DNA of 64,000 nucleotides. Origin: Centroscyllium fabricii (taxonomy: Eukaryota). Every line of letters starts with the position of its first letter. Within the stretch, counting starts at the first letter, position 1. A program made the translations under genes and the position numbers. Below, piece after piece: positions 24,097-37,216 of this stretch. The stretch spans positions 501,022,001-501,086,000 of the forward strand of contig JBNRSN020000003.1 of NCBI GenBank assembly GCA_051313645.2, read 5' to 3'. Under the pieces are notes generated by a model. That model was given only the letters and a program-made list of their open reading frames with translations. It was not told where the DNA came from and did no database searches.

Positions 24097-26975
24097 GGCT
24101 TCAATTTTCATTGAGCCATGGAGGCGGGCTTGGAAGTGTGCGGGGTGTTAAAATTGCAAAATCTGGCAGGCAGGCAGGCGGGACCCTCCCCCCCCCCCCC
24201 CCCCCCACCCCCTCCGCTTGGTTCCCAACTCCGAGCGATTTTAATTCAGTCGTGTCTGATGGTCCCGACTCCATCCTGCATCCAACAGGTGCGACTGGTC
24301 GTTAAGGCCCTTAGCCACTAAATGGCCTCTATAATGCTATTTTGAAAGGCCCTTGCGAATTTAACCCTTTTCCCACGTGAAACACGCCTGGTGGGAAACA
24401 CGAATGTGAAACCTGGTGGGAGCACAATTGGATTGCTGACTATCAACTGCAGGTCAACCATTAAAGCGGAGATTTGCTCAGCCATGATTTGCAGGTGGCA
24501 GGACTTAGTGGTCTGAGGTCTGGGGCAACTTTTAGAAGGTTTAACCACATCTGTGGAAGGTTGGAGTCTCACACCCATCTCCAGTGTGACCTCCTGGGAA
24601 CCCCTCTCACCACCTTCACTCAGCACTTCCTCAACGAAAGCATATGCCAGAAGTATGGGAGCCACTTATTTCCTTCCCATCTGGGCACTAGAGGAGCTCG
24701 AGCACCAGCCACAGCAGCAGAACCAGAAACAACAGCAGCAGGAGTGCCAGGGTGCTGCTCACCTACCTGAAGCTGCATAGGCCAGAAGGGGCCAGCGCCT
24801 GGAAGGCCGTTGGCGCAGGAGATACCGCCCAAACAGGGTCTACAGACGCAGGGTCAGCTACCTCAACATGTCTGAGCAACAATGCCAAAGGCGGCTCCGA
24901 CTTTCGCGAGAGATAGTGACTGACATCTGCGCAATGCTACAGCAAGACCTGCTGCCCAGAGGACCAGGTGGATACTCCTTACCAGTGGCCATCAAAGTCA
25001 CCACTGCACTCAACTTTTTTGCCTCAGGCTTATTCCAGGGAACATCAGCGGCATCTCCCAGGCGGCCGCACACACTTGCATCACGCAGGTAACTGATGCC
25101 CTCTTTGCCCTCGTGCACAATCACATCCATTTCACCAAGGATTGAGCAAGTGTCACGGCGCGAGCGGTTGGATTACCTAATCTGGCAGGCTTTCCAAGGG
25201 TGCAGGGCGTTGTTGACTGCACACATGTGGCCCTTAGGGCACCCCATCGCAATCCAGGTATTTTTGTCAACCACAGGAGCTTCCACTCCCTCAACGTTCA
25301 GCTGGTGTGTGACCACAAGAAGGAAATTTTGCATATTTGTGCCATATACCCTGGAAGTTGCCATGACTCCTTCATACTGTGCCAGTCTCGTGTGCCTCCT
25401 CTATTCAGTCCACCAGACTAACTTAACGGATGGCTACTTGGAGCCAAGGGCTATCCCCTAAGGACGTGGCTAATGACGCCGTTGAGGAGGCCAGCCAACA
25501 AAGCTGAGGAGCGCAACAACCCCAGCCACATTTCCACAAGATCCATTATCGAACAAACCATAGGTTTGCTGAAGATGCACTTCAGATGCCTGGATAGATC
25601 TGGTGGAGCCCTACAGTGCTAAGCAGCCAGGGTCTCTAGAATCATCGTGGTTTGCTGTGCACTTCACAACATGGCACAGCATCGTGGCTTGCAGATTCCT
25701 GAGGACCAAGTGACTTCTCACATATCCTCCTCAGATGATGAGGAGGAGGAGGAATGCGAAAACGAACATCCTGCAGAGGCCCATCAACCAGCGGCAGCAT
25801 TACGCGAGAACATTGCTGCCTGGGATGCAAGGAACGCACTTATCCTGGCCAGATTTGCTTAGCCTAGTCAATCAAACACTTGCCTCGCTGCTTCTTTCCA
25901 AAGCTTTGACAATGGCCAAGAACCAGAGGATTCCTAGCACTCTGACCTCCATACTGACAGTTGCAAGTATTTCTGAGGCCTCAATGTGGAAGTCCCAATT
26001 GCGAAATGACAGACGCCACAACTGCAACATTTGCCATCAGAATTTTTATGTTCAATAATGACGTGATGGCATTTTTACAGTAAACACAAAATTGCACCCA
26101 AGTAACTACCCTTGTGACTATTTATTTGTGCAGAATTTTCCTCTTGTGCGTGCTCCTACGCGGTGCCTCCCCTGTGGCTTCAGCAGATATGAAGGCCCCT
26201 TGCTCACTTTCCTGCTGCTCCTTTCTCGACACCTTTGGTGGGCGTCCTTTGGGGTTGCAAGCCTGTGCGGGCTCGTCAACAGTCTGCTGCTCCTGCGGCT
26301 GTGCAGAGGTTGAAACGTCTATCTCACTTGGGTGTGGACTCCGGTGGGGCTCTGACCAAGGGCTCTGCAGTGGCATGGAAGTGTGAGTGCATGGAGAGGA
26401 GCCCCCACTTGCCACCAACCTGCCTCTCATGGGTCAGGTCCCCCTCCGTGCCTGCAAGTGGCTGGAGAGCACCTTGCTGCACATCAGGGGGGGGCCATGG
26501 GGACCCATATCTGCAATGGCAGTCCTACTCAGAAGGACTTCCACGAAGGTCTGGTTTCTCTGTTCAATAGATGCCCATCGTTCCTCAAGAGATGTGATTC
26601 TATTCTAAACAATGACCATGTTTTCCATACCCTGGCGACTAAGCTCCTCCATGGCCGTAGCCATCCTCTCCTCTATGGTAGCAGGCCTTACCATGGAGGT
26701 AGCAATCGTTTCCACGGAGGTAGCCATCCTTTCCGTGGTGATGCGTTCATGCGCCAATGACTCCACAAAGGCTTTGCTCATGTTCGCTATAGACTCCTCC
26801 ATTCGCTCCACACTCGTAGCGACCCTAGAGACAAAACCTGCCAGAGACTCCTGCATCTGTGCCTGGTGTTCCATCACCTCTGACCAGCCTGTAGAGCAAT
26901 ATAGACAACAAACAATCCATTGTCTGAAAAAAGAGAGGTTCCTGCACACATACCCATCAGATGGAGAAGATTAGT
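24097..26975 (+). mobile_element. PIF/Harbinger transposon, degenerate and right-truncated
   Basis: Colinear with 51002-56786: similar left end and AAGGCCC...AAGGCCC subterminal palindrome, transposase remnant, and the 3' part of the accessory gene on - strand; Myb exons and right TIR absent. Confidence 0.88.
24655..25862 (+). pseudogene. Harbinger DDE transposase pseudogene
   Basis: MGATYFLP...*...[41 protein letters not shown] (Asp lost), IEQTIG; one stop and a frameshift near 25045. Confidence 0.88.
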
Positions 26976-27699
26976 CAGATAAGGTGGAGCAATTCTGTCC
27001 CACATCCATGTTGGTTAATGCATTCCACCCTGCCTGCAAAAGCCCACCATCCTTTTGACCTCTTTTTGACCCCACAACCACCAAATGTTCCTTCCTTCCT
27101 TGCTGATTTATTAAGCACTGAGCAGTTTTCCATTAATTGAGGAATTCAATATAAATGTAACTGTTGGTTATACTTTGGATAGCAGTAATTCCAGGGTTTG
27201 AGGGGGAGAATCTTGATGTTGACCTGCTGGAGAAGTGGAAGCCAGTGGAACGAGGAGAGAACACAGGCAACTGAGCTCTGAATAGGTTGAAGTAAATGTT
27301 AGATTAGATACCAACGAGGCCGGAAAAGGTGGAACATTAAAGGGGAAGGAAAGTGTAAGGAGAATGCATTTTTATTCTAAAGTATTCACCCTTTTTACAG
27401 AACTAAATCAGGCTGTAATGTGAAGACTCTTGAATAAGGTTTTCCTCTTTTTAGGCTGCTGTGATACCAATTATTTGCAGCGTTCCACAGTGGCTTCAGT
27501 GCAAGCTGTGGAGGGAATGGGAACTTCAAACAGGCTTTGGAGCTGGTCCAACAAACCCAATCTTGGGAACAGTGCATAGGTTGGAAATACAGATTTTCCA
27601 GTCGGTAGAGTAGTCTTCTTGGGTTGAGCGATTCCAGAATGGTTCTTGAGATGCCATCCCCTTCACCCTTTAGTTGTTTGCAAAGGAGTTACTTGAGAG

Positions 27700-27980
27700 T
27701 TGCCTTGGCGGTAAGTGCAACATCCCCACCGACACCTGGGAGTCCCTGGCCCAAGACCGCGCAAAGTGGAGGAGAAGCATCCGGGAAGGCGCCGAACACC
27801 ACGAGTCTCTTTGCTGGGAGCAAGCACCCCCCCCCCCCCCCACCCGCCCCTTCAACCACCATCTGTTCCACCTGTGACTGAGACTGCAGGTCCCGCATTG
27901 GACTCATCAGTCACCTGAGAACTCATTTTTAGTGTGGCAGCAAGTCATCCTCGGTTCCGAGGGACTACCCAAGAAGGAAT
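27700..27980 (+). mobile_element. RTE (BovB-like) LINE 3' fragment
   Basis: KCNIPTDTWESLAQDRAKWRRSIREG and terminal zinc finger CSTCD*DCRSRIGLISHLRTH; short 3' UTR ending AAGAAG. Confidence 0.75.
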
Positions 27981-28050
27981 TCATAAGTGTGCTGGTTTGC
28001 TCCATTACAAAGGGGAAAAGGACGTTTTCGGAAGAGATTGTTTTTATATA

Positions 28051-28827
28051 CACCATTGTACCGGCACGGGTGGGACTAGGCCCGGGCCGGTTTTGCGAAA
28101 AAAACGGAAGAACGAAGTTGGCCAGTGCACATGCGCACCATTCAAAATGGCCGCGCGCATGCGCATAACATTGCAATCACAAAATCACCTCCCTCTCCTT
28201 GCCACAGGATTGACAGGCTGCTCCACCAATCACAAGCCTCCTGGCACCCTAGCCACAGGATTGACAGGCTGCTTCACCAATCACAAGGCTCCTCCCCCCC
28301 CCCCCCCAGCCGCGGGATTGACAGGCCATTCCACCAGTCACAAACCTCCTGCCACCCCGCCCCCCCCAATCAAAGCAAACTAGGCGGAACCTGTCCCCGT
28401 TTCAAGCGCGGTTGAGGCCGCGCGGTAAACACCGATGTGAGGTATCTGCTCCTCATCCGACAGATTGGAGAAAGCCTCCTCCTTCTCCTCCTCATATCCC
28501 AGCGACTCCAAGGCGACGAAGCTCTCGGCCTCCCGAGTCCGAGTCGCTGCTGCTTACCATGGGGTCGGCGTCTCCTGAAGCCATCGGGACGGTGAGTGTG
28601 AATGTGCCGGGATCAAAGGCTGGAGTGGGCTCTGCTGCGCTCTCTCTCCTGTCTGTCTGTTCGCCCCGACTGCCCTGCGCATGCGCAAAATGGGCGCCGC
28701 AATCGGGGCTTCAGCGAATGATCTGCGCATGCGCCGAAGCCTCGATTGCAGCGGCCATTTTGCGCATTTGTGCCGGACGACTGAAGTTGCCGGCTTTTCG
28801 GTTGCCCAATTAACGGTGCTCAACCTG
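28051..28827. mobile_element. Tigger-like MITE, left end eroded
   Basis: Right end TTAACGGTGCTCAACCTG|TA; GCGCATGCGC and AAAATGGC motifs shared with 21038-21605; internal CACAGGATTGACAGGC repeats. Confidence 0.65.
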
Positions 28828-29170
28828 TAGTAGAGGGCCTCCTGAAGTATTTCCTTAATCAATATTTGCTTTTAATAACAGTGCAAAATGAAGCTGATGT
28901 ATTCCTCGTTCTAAATAACATTTTGCAGAATAGTGTTCTGAAAGATCTGAGAGTCCAAGGTTTTCTTTTTAAACATAATAGCTTGAGAAAGAGTAATTTG
29001 GGCATTGATTCTCGTCTTCACAAAGAAGCTTGCAGTATTTACACTCTAATGGAGTCTCCCTAGTTGATTGAGGCAAGCAACACCAAGAAAAAGAAATCCT
29101 TGAAATTCCTCCTTAACCTCTCACTCACTGTGGCAATCAACTAAAATCTTCACAATAATCATTATATACA

Positions 29171-29488
29171 GGGCGGCACGGTAGCATAGTGGTTAGCACT
29201 GTTGCCTCACAGCGCTAGGGGCCCGGGTTCAAATCCGGCCTCGGGTGACTATCTGTGTGGAGTTTGCACATTCTCCCCGTGTCTGCGTGGGTTTCCTCCG
29301 GGTGCTCCGGTTTCCTCCCACAGTCCAAAGATGTGAGGGTTAGGTTGATTGGCCAGGATAAATTGACCCTTAGTGTTAGGGGGATTAAATATGTGGGGGT
29401 TACGGGGATAGGGTGGGATATGTGTCGGTGCAGGCTCGATGGGCCGAAATGGCCTCTATCTGCACTGTAGGGATTCTATGATTCTATG
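29171..29488 (+). mobile_element. HE1-type V-SINE (tRNA head, V core, CR1 tail)
   Basis: tRNA-like head, V-core TGTGTGGAGTTTGCACATTCTCCCCGTGTCTGCGTGGGTTTCCTCCGGGTGCTCCGGTTTCCTCCCACAGTCCAAAGA, tail (ATTCTATG)n. Confidence 0.88.
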
Positions 29489-29754
29489 TAGAGATATGAC
29501 TGTTTGCTTCCTACAAATCATATTCCCATTGTACGAGCAGGACTGCAGCCACTGTAAACCTTTCAGTATTTGGTTATCTGTACCAATACTTATCCCTTCA
29601 ATCCTTTTCATAACTAGTTATGTCTCTCTCTTTTTTAAATAAAGAAACCTGTCCTTTTCCTACCAATTTTCTCTCCCTTCTTCTCTGAAAGCATTGGTTC
29701 CTTGCTTGGTCCAATCACACTCCAGTACCTTGCCCGAGTGGCCATTCTTCACAA

Positions 29755-30120
29755 CTCGATTTAAAAATTCTCATCCTTGCCTGCAAATCCCGCCCCTCCC
29801 TATCTCTGTAACCTCTTCAACCCGATAACTCTCCGAGAACTCTGACCTCTTGTGCATCCCCCACTTCCTTCGGCCCACCAATGGTGGTCATGCCTTCATG
29901 TGTCTAGCTCTGGAATTAACTCCCCAAACTGCTTTGCCTCTCAACCTCTCCTCCTTTTAAGACGCTTCTTAACACCTACCTCTTTGACTAACCGTTTGGT
30001 CACCTGTCCAAATGTCTCCTCTTTTGGTCTGGCGTCAATTTTTGGCTGATTTTGGCTTCTGCGAAGCGCCTCGTGACGTTGTGCTACATTAAAGGCGCTA
30101 CATAAATGCAGGTGGTTGTT
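29755..30120 (+). mobile_element. L2 LINE 3' fragment, degenerate
   Basis: Homologous to about 4965-5351. Confidence 0.65.
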
Positions 30121-30346
30121 TTAGCTATACAGTGAGTGTCATCAGATTATTGAACTGTGAAGAGAGCATCACAGCTAAGCCTGAAGCTGACAGATGTGCA
30201 GCAGGGGTTGCTGAATAGAGATCAGTAGTGGGGCGTATGAGACCTCGTCTGCTTTCGCTCCTCCCTCCCTCCCCATCTACCACATGGATGTTGAGATTTC
30301 TTGTGCCCCTTCCTGTGTCCGCCAAGATGGGCGAGCTCAGCAGAAA

Positions 30347-30906
30347 CATCTTGAGTATTGTGTGCAGTTTTGGTCACCTTACCTGAGGAAGGATGTTCTT
30401 GCCATGGAGGGAGTGCAGCGAAGATTCACCAGACTGATACCTGGGATGGCAGGAATGACGTATGAGGAGAGATTGGGTCGATTGGGCTGATACTCGCTGG
30501 AGTTTAGAAGAATGAGAGGGGATCTCATTAAAACTTAGAAAATTCTAACAGGACTAGACAGACTAGATGCAGGAAGGATGTTCCCGATGGTCGGGGAGTC
30601 CAGAACCGGAGGTCACAGTCTAAGGATAAGGGGTAAGCCGTTTAGGACAGAAATGAGGAGGAATTTCTTCACCCAGAGAGTGGTGAACCTGTGGAATTCT
30701 CTACCACAGAATGCAGTTGAGGCCAATTCATTAAATATATTCAAGAAGGAGTTGGATATATTTCTTAAGGCTAAAGGGATCAATGGATATGGGGAGAAGG
30801 CAGGGACAGGGTACTGAGTTTGGATGATCAGCCATGATCTCATCGAATGACTGAGCAGGCTCGAGGGGACGAATAGCCTACTCCTCCTATCTTCTGTGTT
30901 TCTATG
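30347..30906 (+). mobile_element. CR1-clade LINE 3' end
   Basis: HLEYCVQFWSPYLRKD...VQRRFTRLIPGM, NFFTQRVVNLWNSLP, 3' UTR GATGATCAGCCATGATC...TTTCTATG. Confidence 0.9.
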
Positions 30907-32040
30907 TAAACTGAGGATTAAAGCTAGGACCTTCCTGGCCTGAGTGACTCTCTGACCTAATGTGCTGAGCCATTGGAATAGCAGTCAAGGATTCTTTTTT
31001 TAAATTATATTTCAAACAGCATCATATATCCCTGGTTACAAATTGTCTTGATGGAACTGTAAAAGTTTTAAAACAAAGTCCATAAATAATAAAATGGTAA
31101 CCTTCTAAAAAAAAATATCTCGCACTAAGTTTAGAGAGAAACTTATATTTAAAAAGTTGGGGATAATTGTTTTGATGTCAAATCTTCAGTTAATTGGTAT
31201 CTTTGAAATAGATGGAAAATGCCAACTCTTTGAACTCTCAGCAGCTTTCCGAATGCATCAACATCTCTCTGTTGTCCTAAAGAGGGTTGTATAGTCAATG
31301 AAGATGGCATTCTAGCAAGCAATTAACTTAAATGGAATGATACCATGATATGCATCAAGATTACGTACATATCATTTAGATGGAATTGAATAATATGTTT
31401 ATGTTTGTATTCAGACATGAGAGAGAATTTCTAAGCGAGATTGACTAGCTTTGACGGCAAGCTTCTTTTTCTCAGTTTGAAGACTGGGGATTGTTTTTTT
31501 CCCCTCTAATTTAAATCAGAACCTTCCCAAATATGTTTTTGAGAATTCTAATTTGTATCTGGATGGTTGAGGTTCTTTTGAATTCAGGTGGTTTGCCATT
31601 GATCCTGAGAAATCTTGGTTGTGTTTCATCATTTGACATTAGTTCAGCTGAGCTGCAGAATGCTGTGCCTTGTAGATTAAAGAAGACTGAGTTCCAAAGT
31701 TGCATAATAGCTTCTAGTCTTTTTCTTTGTGAAGCTCTTCATTAATTGAGGAGCCACACACTGTTTAAAAAAAAAATCTTAAGTATCAGCTGATCACACT
31801 GTGATACTGTTTCATCATGGAGATCAAAGGTTCATGAGGGCTATTGAAGTGGCTAATGAAAATTGGTACAACTCTGTCATCCTTTGGGTTGGTGTGTGCG
31901 CTTTTAATTAAATGACCGGGTAGGACAAATGAATACCTAACTTCAGTCATGCTTTTGACAATTAGGCTGAAATGATATTACATTTTCTGAACAGACAATT
32001 GAAGGTACCAAGGTTCTGAAGTAAGCTCTCCCCGTCAGAC

Positions 32041-32467
32041 GATAGCAAAATACTGCGGATGCTGGAAATCCGAAATAACAACAGAAAACACTGGAAAAAC
32101 TCAGCAGGCCAGGCAGCATCGGTGGAGAGAAATATAGAGTTAACTTTTCAGGTCAATGACTTTTCTTCAGAACTGGAGAAGCCAGGAGAGGGGAATAGAT
32201 TTTAAAGCTTGTAGGGGGGGGGCTGAAAGAACAAAGGAAAGATCAGCGACAGGCTAGAATGCGGGGAGATAAGCGACATTAGGAGAAATTGAAGGAACAC
32301 AGGATGGCTCTGGATAGGTGTGAACGCTCTGGCAGAGTAAAGAAAAAAGCCCAGATGAAAGTGTGGATTGAAAAAAAGAGATAAAATATATATATATATG
32401 TGGTAGGGGCCGAGGTTATAATCTAAAATTGTTGAACTCTATGTTTAGTCCTGAGGGCTGTAGAGTA
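32041..32467 (-). mobile_element. Penelope-like element 3' fragment
   Basis: End of GIY-YIG domain (GTLQPSGLNIEFNNFR) plus pLTR with hammerhead-like CTGAAGA...GAAA on - strand. Confidence 0.75.
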
Positions 32468-33032
32468 CCATTGATAAATGATTGTGGTTTCCTGTAATCT
32501 TTCTCCTGTTGCTTCACTTCCAACCAATCAATAGTTTCTCTCTCTTATGATTAGTAGCATGTTCTTTTACGCACATTATTAGTCTTTGGAGCTCCGAATG
32601 CTTTAGTGACCTCCTTCATTGCAACTTTCTTTCCTTGTATCTTCTAGACCTCCAGTGATTCTGTTTAGCACATACTGCACTAGATTGGCTGTCTGTTTAT
32701 TTAAATGGAATCGCAACCACTTCAGAAGGTTGCTCTCCGCTTTTCCGCGAAGCAGTGCAGGAACTTGTGTATGGTTTCATTGCGTATTCACAAATGCGGA
32801 TGTATTTTGGACAGCGGCATTTTCTGTGATATTTCTACCCTGCCAGTGTCAGCCTTTGATATTTAAAATTTCAAACTGTACCAGAATTTGAGTGGGCAGC
32901 ATTTTCCCCAAGGCTTTTACTAACACGGATGTTGTGTTCACGCAACAGCCCAGGAGTGACTCTCCCTCAACTTTTTTTTGCTCCTCAGTGGAGAAGTGCT
33001 CAGCCTCCTCTTGCTAAGTAAGAAAGAACTTG

Positions 33033-34396
33033 CACGATAGCAAAATACTGCAGATGCGGGAAATCCGAAATAACAACAGAAAATGCTGGAAAAACTCAGC
33101 AGGCCAGGTAGCATTGGTGGAGAGAAATAGAGTCGACGTTTCGGGTTCGGACCCTTCATCCAAACTAAAGCTGGAGAATGAAACACAAGCAGGAAGGCGG
33201 GGAAAGGAACAAAGAGAGACAGCACAGAGAGAACAGACTGAGACAAGATTCTGTGGACAGGAGACAGTAGTTGATTAGGTGTGAAAAACACTGGCAGAAC
33301 AAGAGGTGGCTGCCATGATAGAGAAAAGAAAGGCCAAATAAACATTGGACGCGAAATTGGCGCCTTAGCGCCGTCGGTTTAGCGGCGAAAAATGGGTGCT
33401 ACAGGTTTTAGCGACGGGCGCAGACATTTTAGCGCTGGGCACTAAATTCACCCAGTGATTAGTGCCGGCGCTAACTGTTAGCACGCGCTAATTTGCGATC
33501 GTCAATCGTCGTGCATATCCGGGTGCAGCGCCCGCCCGCCAGGCTGCGGCCGAAATTCGCCTTTGCGCCAGTCCCCCTGGCGCAGCGCTGCCAGCGCCAG
33601 CTTTGGCAAGCACTGCTGAGGGTCTGAGTGGCCGCTGCAGCGCTGCTAAAAGGGCGACACTCTCTTTCCTCGGCAGCCTCTTCGGCCCGAGATCGGCCAG
33701 TTGCTTCGGGAGGGGGCGGGTGGCCTGAGATCGGGCAGATGCTGAGGGGGGTCGGGCGAGATCGGAGGGATGATGAGGGGGGTCGGGCGAGATCAGGGAG
33801 ATGATGAGGGGGTCGGGCGAGATCGGCAGATGATGAGGGGGGTCGGGCGAGATCGGGGAGATGATGAAGGCGGGGTGCCGGCACATCATGCAATGTTTCC
33901 CCTACCCCTTTAAGACCTTTCCGGCTCCAGAGTTCATGGAAAAACAAGGAGTTGCTGAAGGAGCGCTGCGCCCGTGATCGGCAATTAGCGCCAAAAAGTG
34001 GCCGGTTGGATCTCGTGCAACACCTGATTTAGCGCTGAAATCTGCAAGGCCGGCGCTAAAGTGAATATTGGGCAGTTCGGCGCTAATTTAGCGCCGGCAC
34101 TAATTTTTGCGCAGCGCCAATTTTAGCGCCCCAATTCATGCGCTCACGAATTTCGTGGCCATTGTAGATAAAAAGAGGTAAAAATATGATGGTGGCTGGA
34201 GTTATGATCTGAAATTGTTGAACTCGATATTGAGTCCGGAGGGCTGTAAAGTGCCTAATCGGACGATGAGGTGTTGTTCCTCGAATTTACGCTGAGCTTC
34301 TGAGGAACAATGCAGCAGGCCAAGGACAGAGAGATCAGAGTGGGAGTGAAACGGAGAGTTAAAGTGACAGGTGACCGGGAGTTCGGGGTCTAGCAC
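33033..34396 (-). mobile_element. Penelope-like element 3' fragment split by a MITE
   Basis: ORF 34202-34396 PVTCHFNSPFHSHSDL...QRKFEEQHLIVRLGTLQPSGLNIEF (GIY-YIG C-terminus); pLTR at 33033-33346. Confidence 0.8.
33347..34160. mobile_element. Harbinger-type MITE (TTAGCGCC-rich) with internal ~30-bp repeat
   Basis: TIR GGACGCGAAATT / AATTTCGTGGCC; TSD ATT; repeat GGGGGTCGGGCGAGATCGG...ATGATGA at about 33720-33870. Confidence 0.8.
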
Positions 34397-34679
34397 CTTA
34401 TAATGGCCTGGGAGTATCCTAAAATGCTTTACAACCAGTGGGTTACTTTTGATGTGCAGTCACTGTCGTTACACAGCCAACTGCAGAAGCGAACTTGTGC
34501 ACAGCTTCCACAAGCAGCACATAAATGGCCAGACAATCTGTTTTTGGTGCTGCTGTTTAGGGAGAAATTTAGCCGTGCCATAGGATATTTTGCATCCATC
34601 TGATCAGGCACACTAGAAGTTGGTTTAACGTCTCATCAGAAATTGTGAATTCAGCAGGAACTGTAACTCATCTAATTAT

Positions 34680-34939
34680 AAGAAGTCACACAACACCAGG
34701 TTATAGTCCAACAGTTTTATTTGAAATCACAAGCTTTCGGAGCGCTGCTCCTTCCTCAGGTGAAGTGAAGAGATGCATATAGGCACAGCATCTGCCTATA
34801 TGCATCTCTTCACTTCAACTGAGGAAGGAGCAGCGCTCCGAAAGCCTGTGATTTCAAATAAAACTGTTGAACCATAACCTGGTGTTGTGTGACTTCTTAC
34901 ATTTGTCCACCCCAGTCCAACACCGGCACCTCCACATCA
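34680..34939. mobile_element. Penelope inverted pLTR pair with hammerhead motifs on both strands
   Basis: About 220-nt near-perfect palindrome; 12-bp TSD TCATCTAATTAT (34668-34679, 34940-34951); CTGAGGAAGGAGCAGCGCTCCGAAAG on both strands. Confidence 0.85.
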
Positions 34940-35699
34940 TCATCTAATTATGAGCACAATGCACTTCTAACTGTTAGTTCTGAAATACGACCACTTTATA
35001 CAATGAATGACTTCTATAGTCACAGGTAGGTAAAAGGATAGCTGCATCCGTTTTTTGCTTGTTCCTTCCCTCTTGTAGTTGGCTCATACCCATGCACCTA
35101 ACGTTAGGGTAAGGATGGGGGCGGGATATCGCCAACCTGTAATATTGGTGCACTCTATGAAAATTCAGGACACTTGACACGACTGTGGGCCCATGGAAGG
35201 CAATTGCCATTCGATTGTAGCTTTATATGTGTGATGTATTTTGAGTTTAAAAGAAATTTGGTTTATAAGTGCATTTATTCACGACAAAATTGTAGCCAAT
35301 CTGGTATATCCTGAAAGTTGAAAAGATTTGAAATGGAGCATTGGTTTTTGTATGCTGTCAAACGTTTTGCCATTCAGACTGTAGTTTTAGCCACGCCTGA
35401 AGTTGCATCCAGTGCTCACTTCCTATAACTGAAAGATTCAAAACTGAGCATCAAATTATGCCTTTGTTTTATGTTCCATATTTCTGTGTGTTGCACATCA
35501 TGCACCATGATCTCTTCACAGTGAGCTCCCTGTGCAGCCAGCTTATTAGGGCAGAATGCAAGCTATTTTCCTTCCTTTTCACCTCATTCAATGTTGAGGG
35601 ATTTACCCAAAAATCTGAATATGTTCTCAGGTCTGCACATTGATCGAATTTTGCTTCATAGTAATACTGGGGGAGGATGGGGGAAAAGATAAACTTTTA

Positions 35700-36803
35700 T
35701 ACAGAGTAATGTATGAGTCTTTACTCTGCCAGAGCCGTTCACACCGATCCAGAGCCATCCTGTATTCCTTGAATTTCTCCTAATGTCTTTTATCTCCCCC
35801 ACCTTCTAGCCTGTTGCTGATCTTTCCTTTGTTCTTTCAGCCCCCCCCCCCCCTCTTTCCCCAGCCCCTACTAGCTTTAAAATCTATCACCCCTCCTGGT
35901 TTCTCCAATTCTGAAGAAAGGTCATCGACCTGAAACGTAGGGGGGGATTTTCATGGCCCTGTGAGGCGGGGTTTTCGGCGGGTCGGCCGTCAAAATCGCG
36001 GAAGCGACGGGTCGCAACCCCCCCCTGCCGGATCCCTGCCGCTTTGACATTTTCCCCCGCTCTGACTTCCCGCTCCGAAACCTTCCCGCCGGCGACTGGC
36101 GGGGATGGGCTGTTACCTCGTTAAGGGCCCTTAATTGGCATGTGTAATGCCATTTTAAGGGCCCTTCCGAATTTTCATGCCATTCCCACCCTAACACCGC
36201 CAGCCTAAAACCCCGCTGGTGAAACCCAGCAGGAGCACAGCGCTGTTCATTACTTTCTCCTTCAAGGTGTTGAAGGACATGCTGCAAAATGCTTTGCAGG
36301 CCTTCAGCACCTTAGAGGAGTAAGTCACTCAGTGGTGGATACACTAGCTATGGACAAAAACTGAGAAATCTCAGCTTTGCACATTTCCTGACAGCCGGTG
36401 CCAAGCTGTCAACGATTCAGAGCCTGCCCGCCCACCTGTCAGTCACCAGCACTTGACCTTTCCCATTGGTTCCACTCGACTGTGATGTCTCAGTGGAGTG
36501 TTTCCATGGGAACTGTCAACAACCAGTGCTGGAACTGTCAATCAAGTTCCTCGCAGCCGGCAGGAGCTCCGACTCCATTGAGTCAATTACCACCGGCGGC
36601 TGCACGTGGGTATTTAATTACTCAATAAAATTAAAATTGCGTGGGGTTCCCAGGTCTTTGGGCAGGCGGGACAGGAACCCGCCCCGCCCAATCCCCGCCA
36701 GGTTCCCGCACTTCCGGCAAAATCCCCCCCGTTAACTCTGTTTCTCTCTCCACCGATGCTGCCTGGCCTGCTGAGTTTCTCCAGCGTTTTCTGTTGTTAT
36801 TTG
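35700..36803 (+). mobile_element. Penelope pLTR fragment interrupted by a Harbinger derivative
   Basis: CTGAAGAAAGGTCATCGACCTGAAACGT (ending 35938) continues at 36733 as TAACTCTGTTTCTCTCTCCACCGATGCTGCC; inverse of the 32041 family. Confidence 0.7.
35939..36729. mobile_element. Non-autonomous derivative of the Harbinger family at 51002
   Basis: TIR GGGGGGATTTT / AAAATCCCCCC, TSD CGT, subterminal TTAAGGGCCCTTAATTGGCAT...TAATGCCATTTTAAGGGCCC as at 51181-51223. Confidence 0.85.
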
Positions 36804-36948
36804 AGTATTTAAGTACTGGCCTTATAGAAAATACCCTGAGTATATATCTAATTGATCCCTTTCATTCTTTCTATATACATGCCAGTTTTTAAACAAATTA
36901 TTTACATAACCTGCTTCTAAAGCTTTACCATTGCCAATTTCTCCACAG

Positions 36949-37063
36949 GGTGTACTGGACAGGATCTCTCAGATCCAACCAAAACTTATTTTTTCAGTTG
37001 AAGCGGTTGTTTACAATGGTAAAGAACATGATCACATGGAGAAGCTGCAGCATGTGGTGAAAG
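36949..37063 (+). CDS. AACS: Acetoacetyl-CoA synthetase, next coding exon
   Basis: ccacag|GGTGTA...GTGAAAG|gtaaat; 115 nt; [38 protein letters not shown](G); phase 0 join to the previous exon. Confidence 0.96.
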
Positions 37064-37216
37064 GTAAATTGAGATTCATTTCTTGCGCCTGCTTGTTATG
37101 ATATGCACATCTTGTTAAACATCGTGGACATGGACCTTAAGTTACTGATTTATTTATTGAGTCTGTGTGGACAGCAATGGTCAGGTACAGTCAGTGTACA
37201 CTAGAATACATCCTAA

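Noticed and set aside
29171-29245. tRNA gene (also near 1939, 40790 and 63138)
   Set aside because: These are SINE heads followed directly by V or Deu cores and LINE tails.
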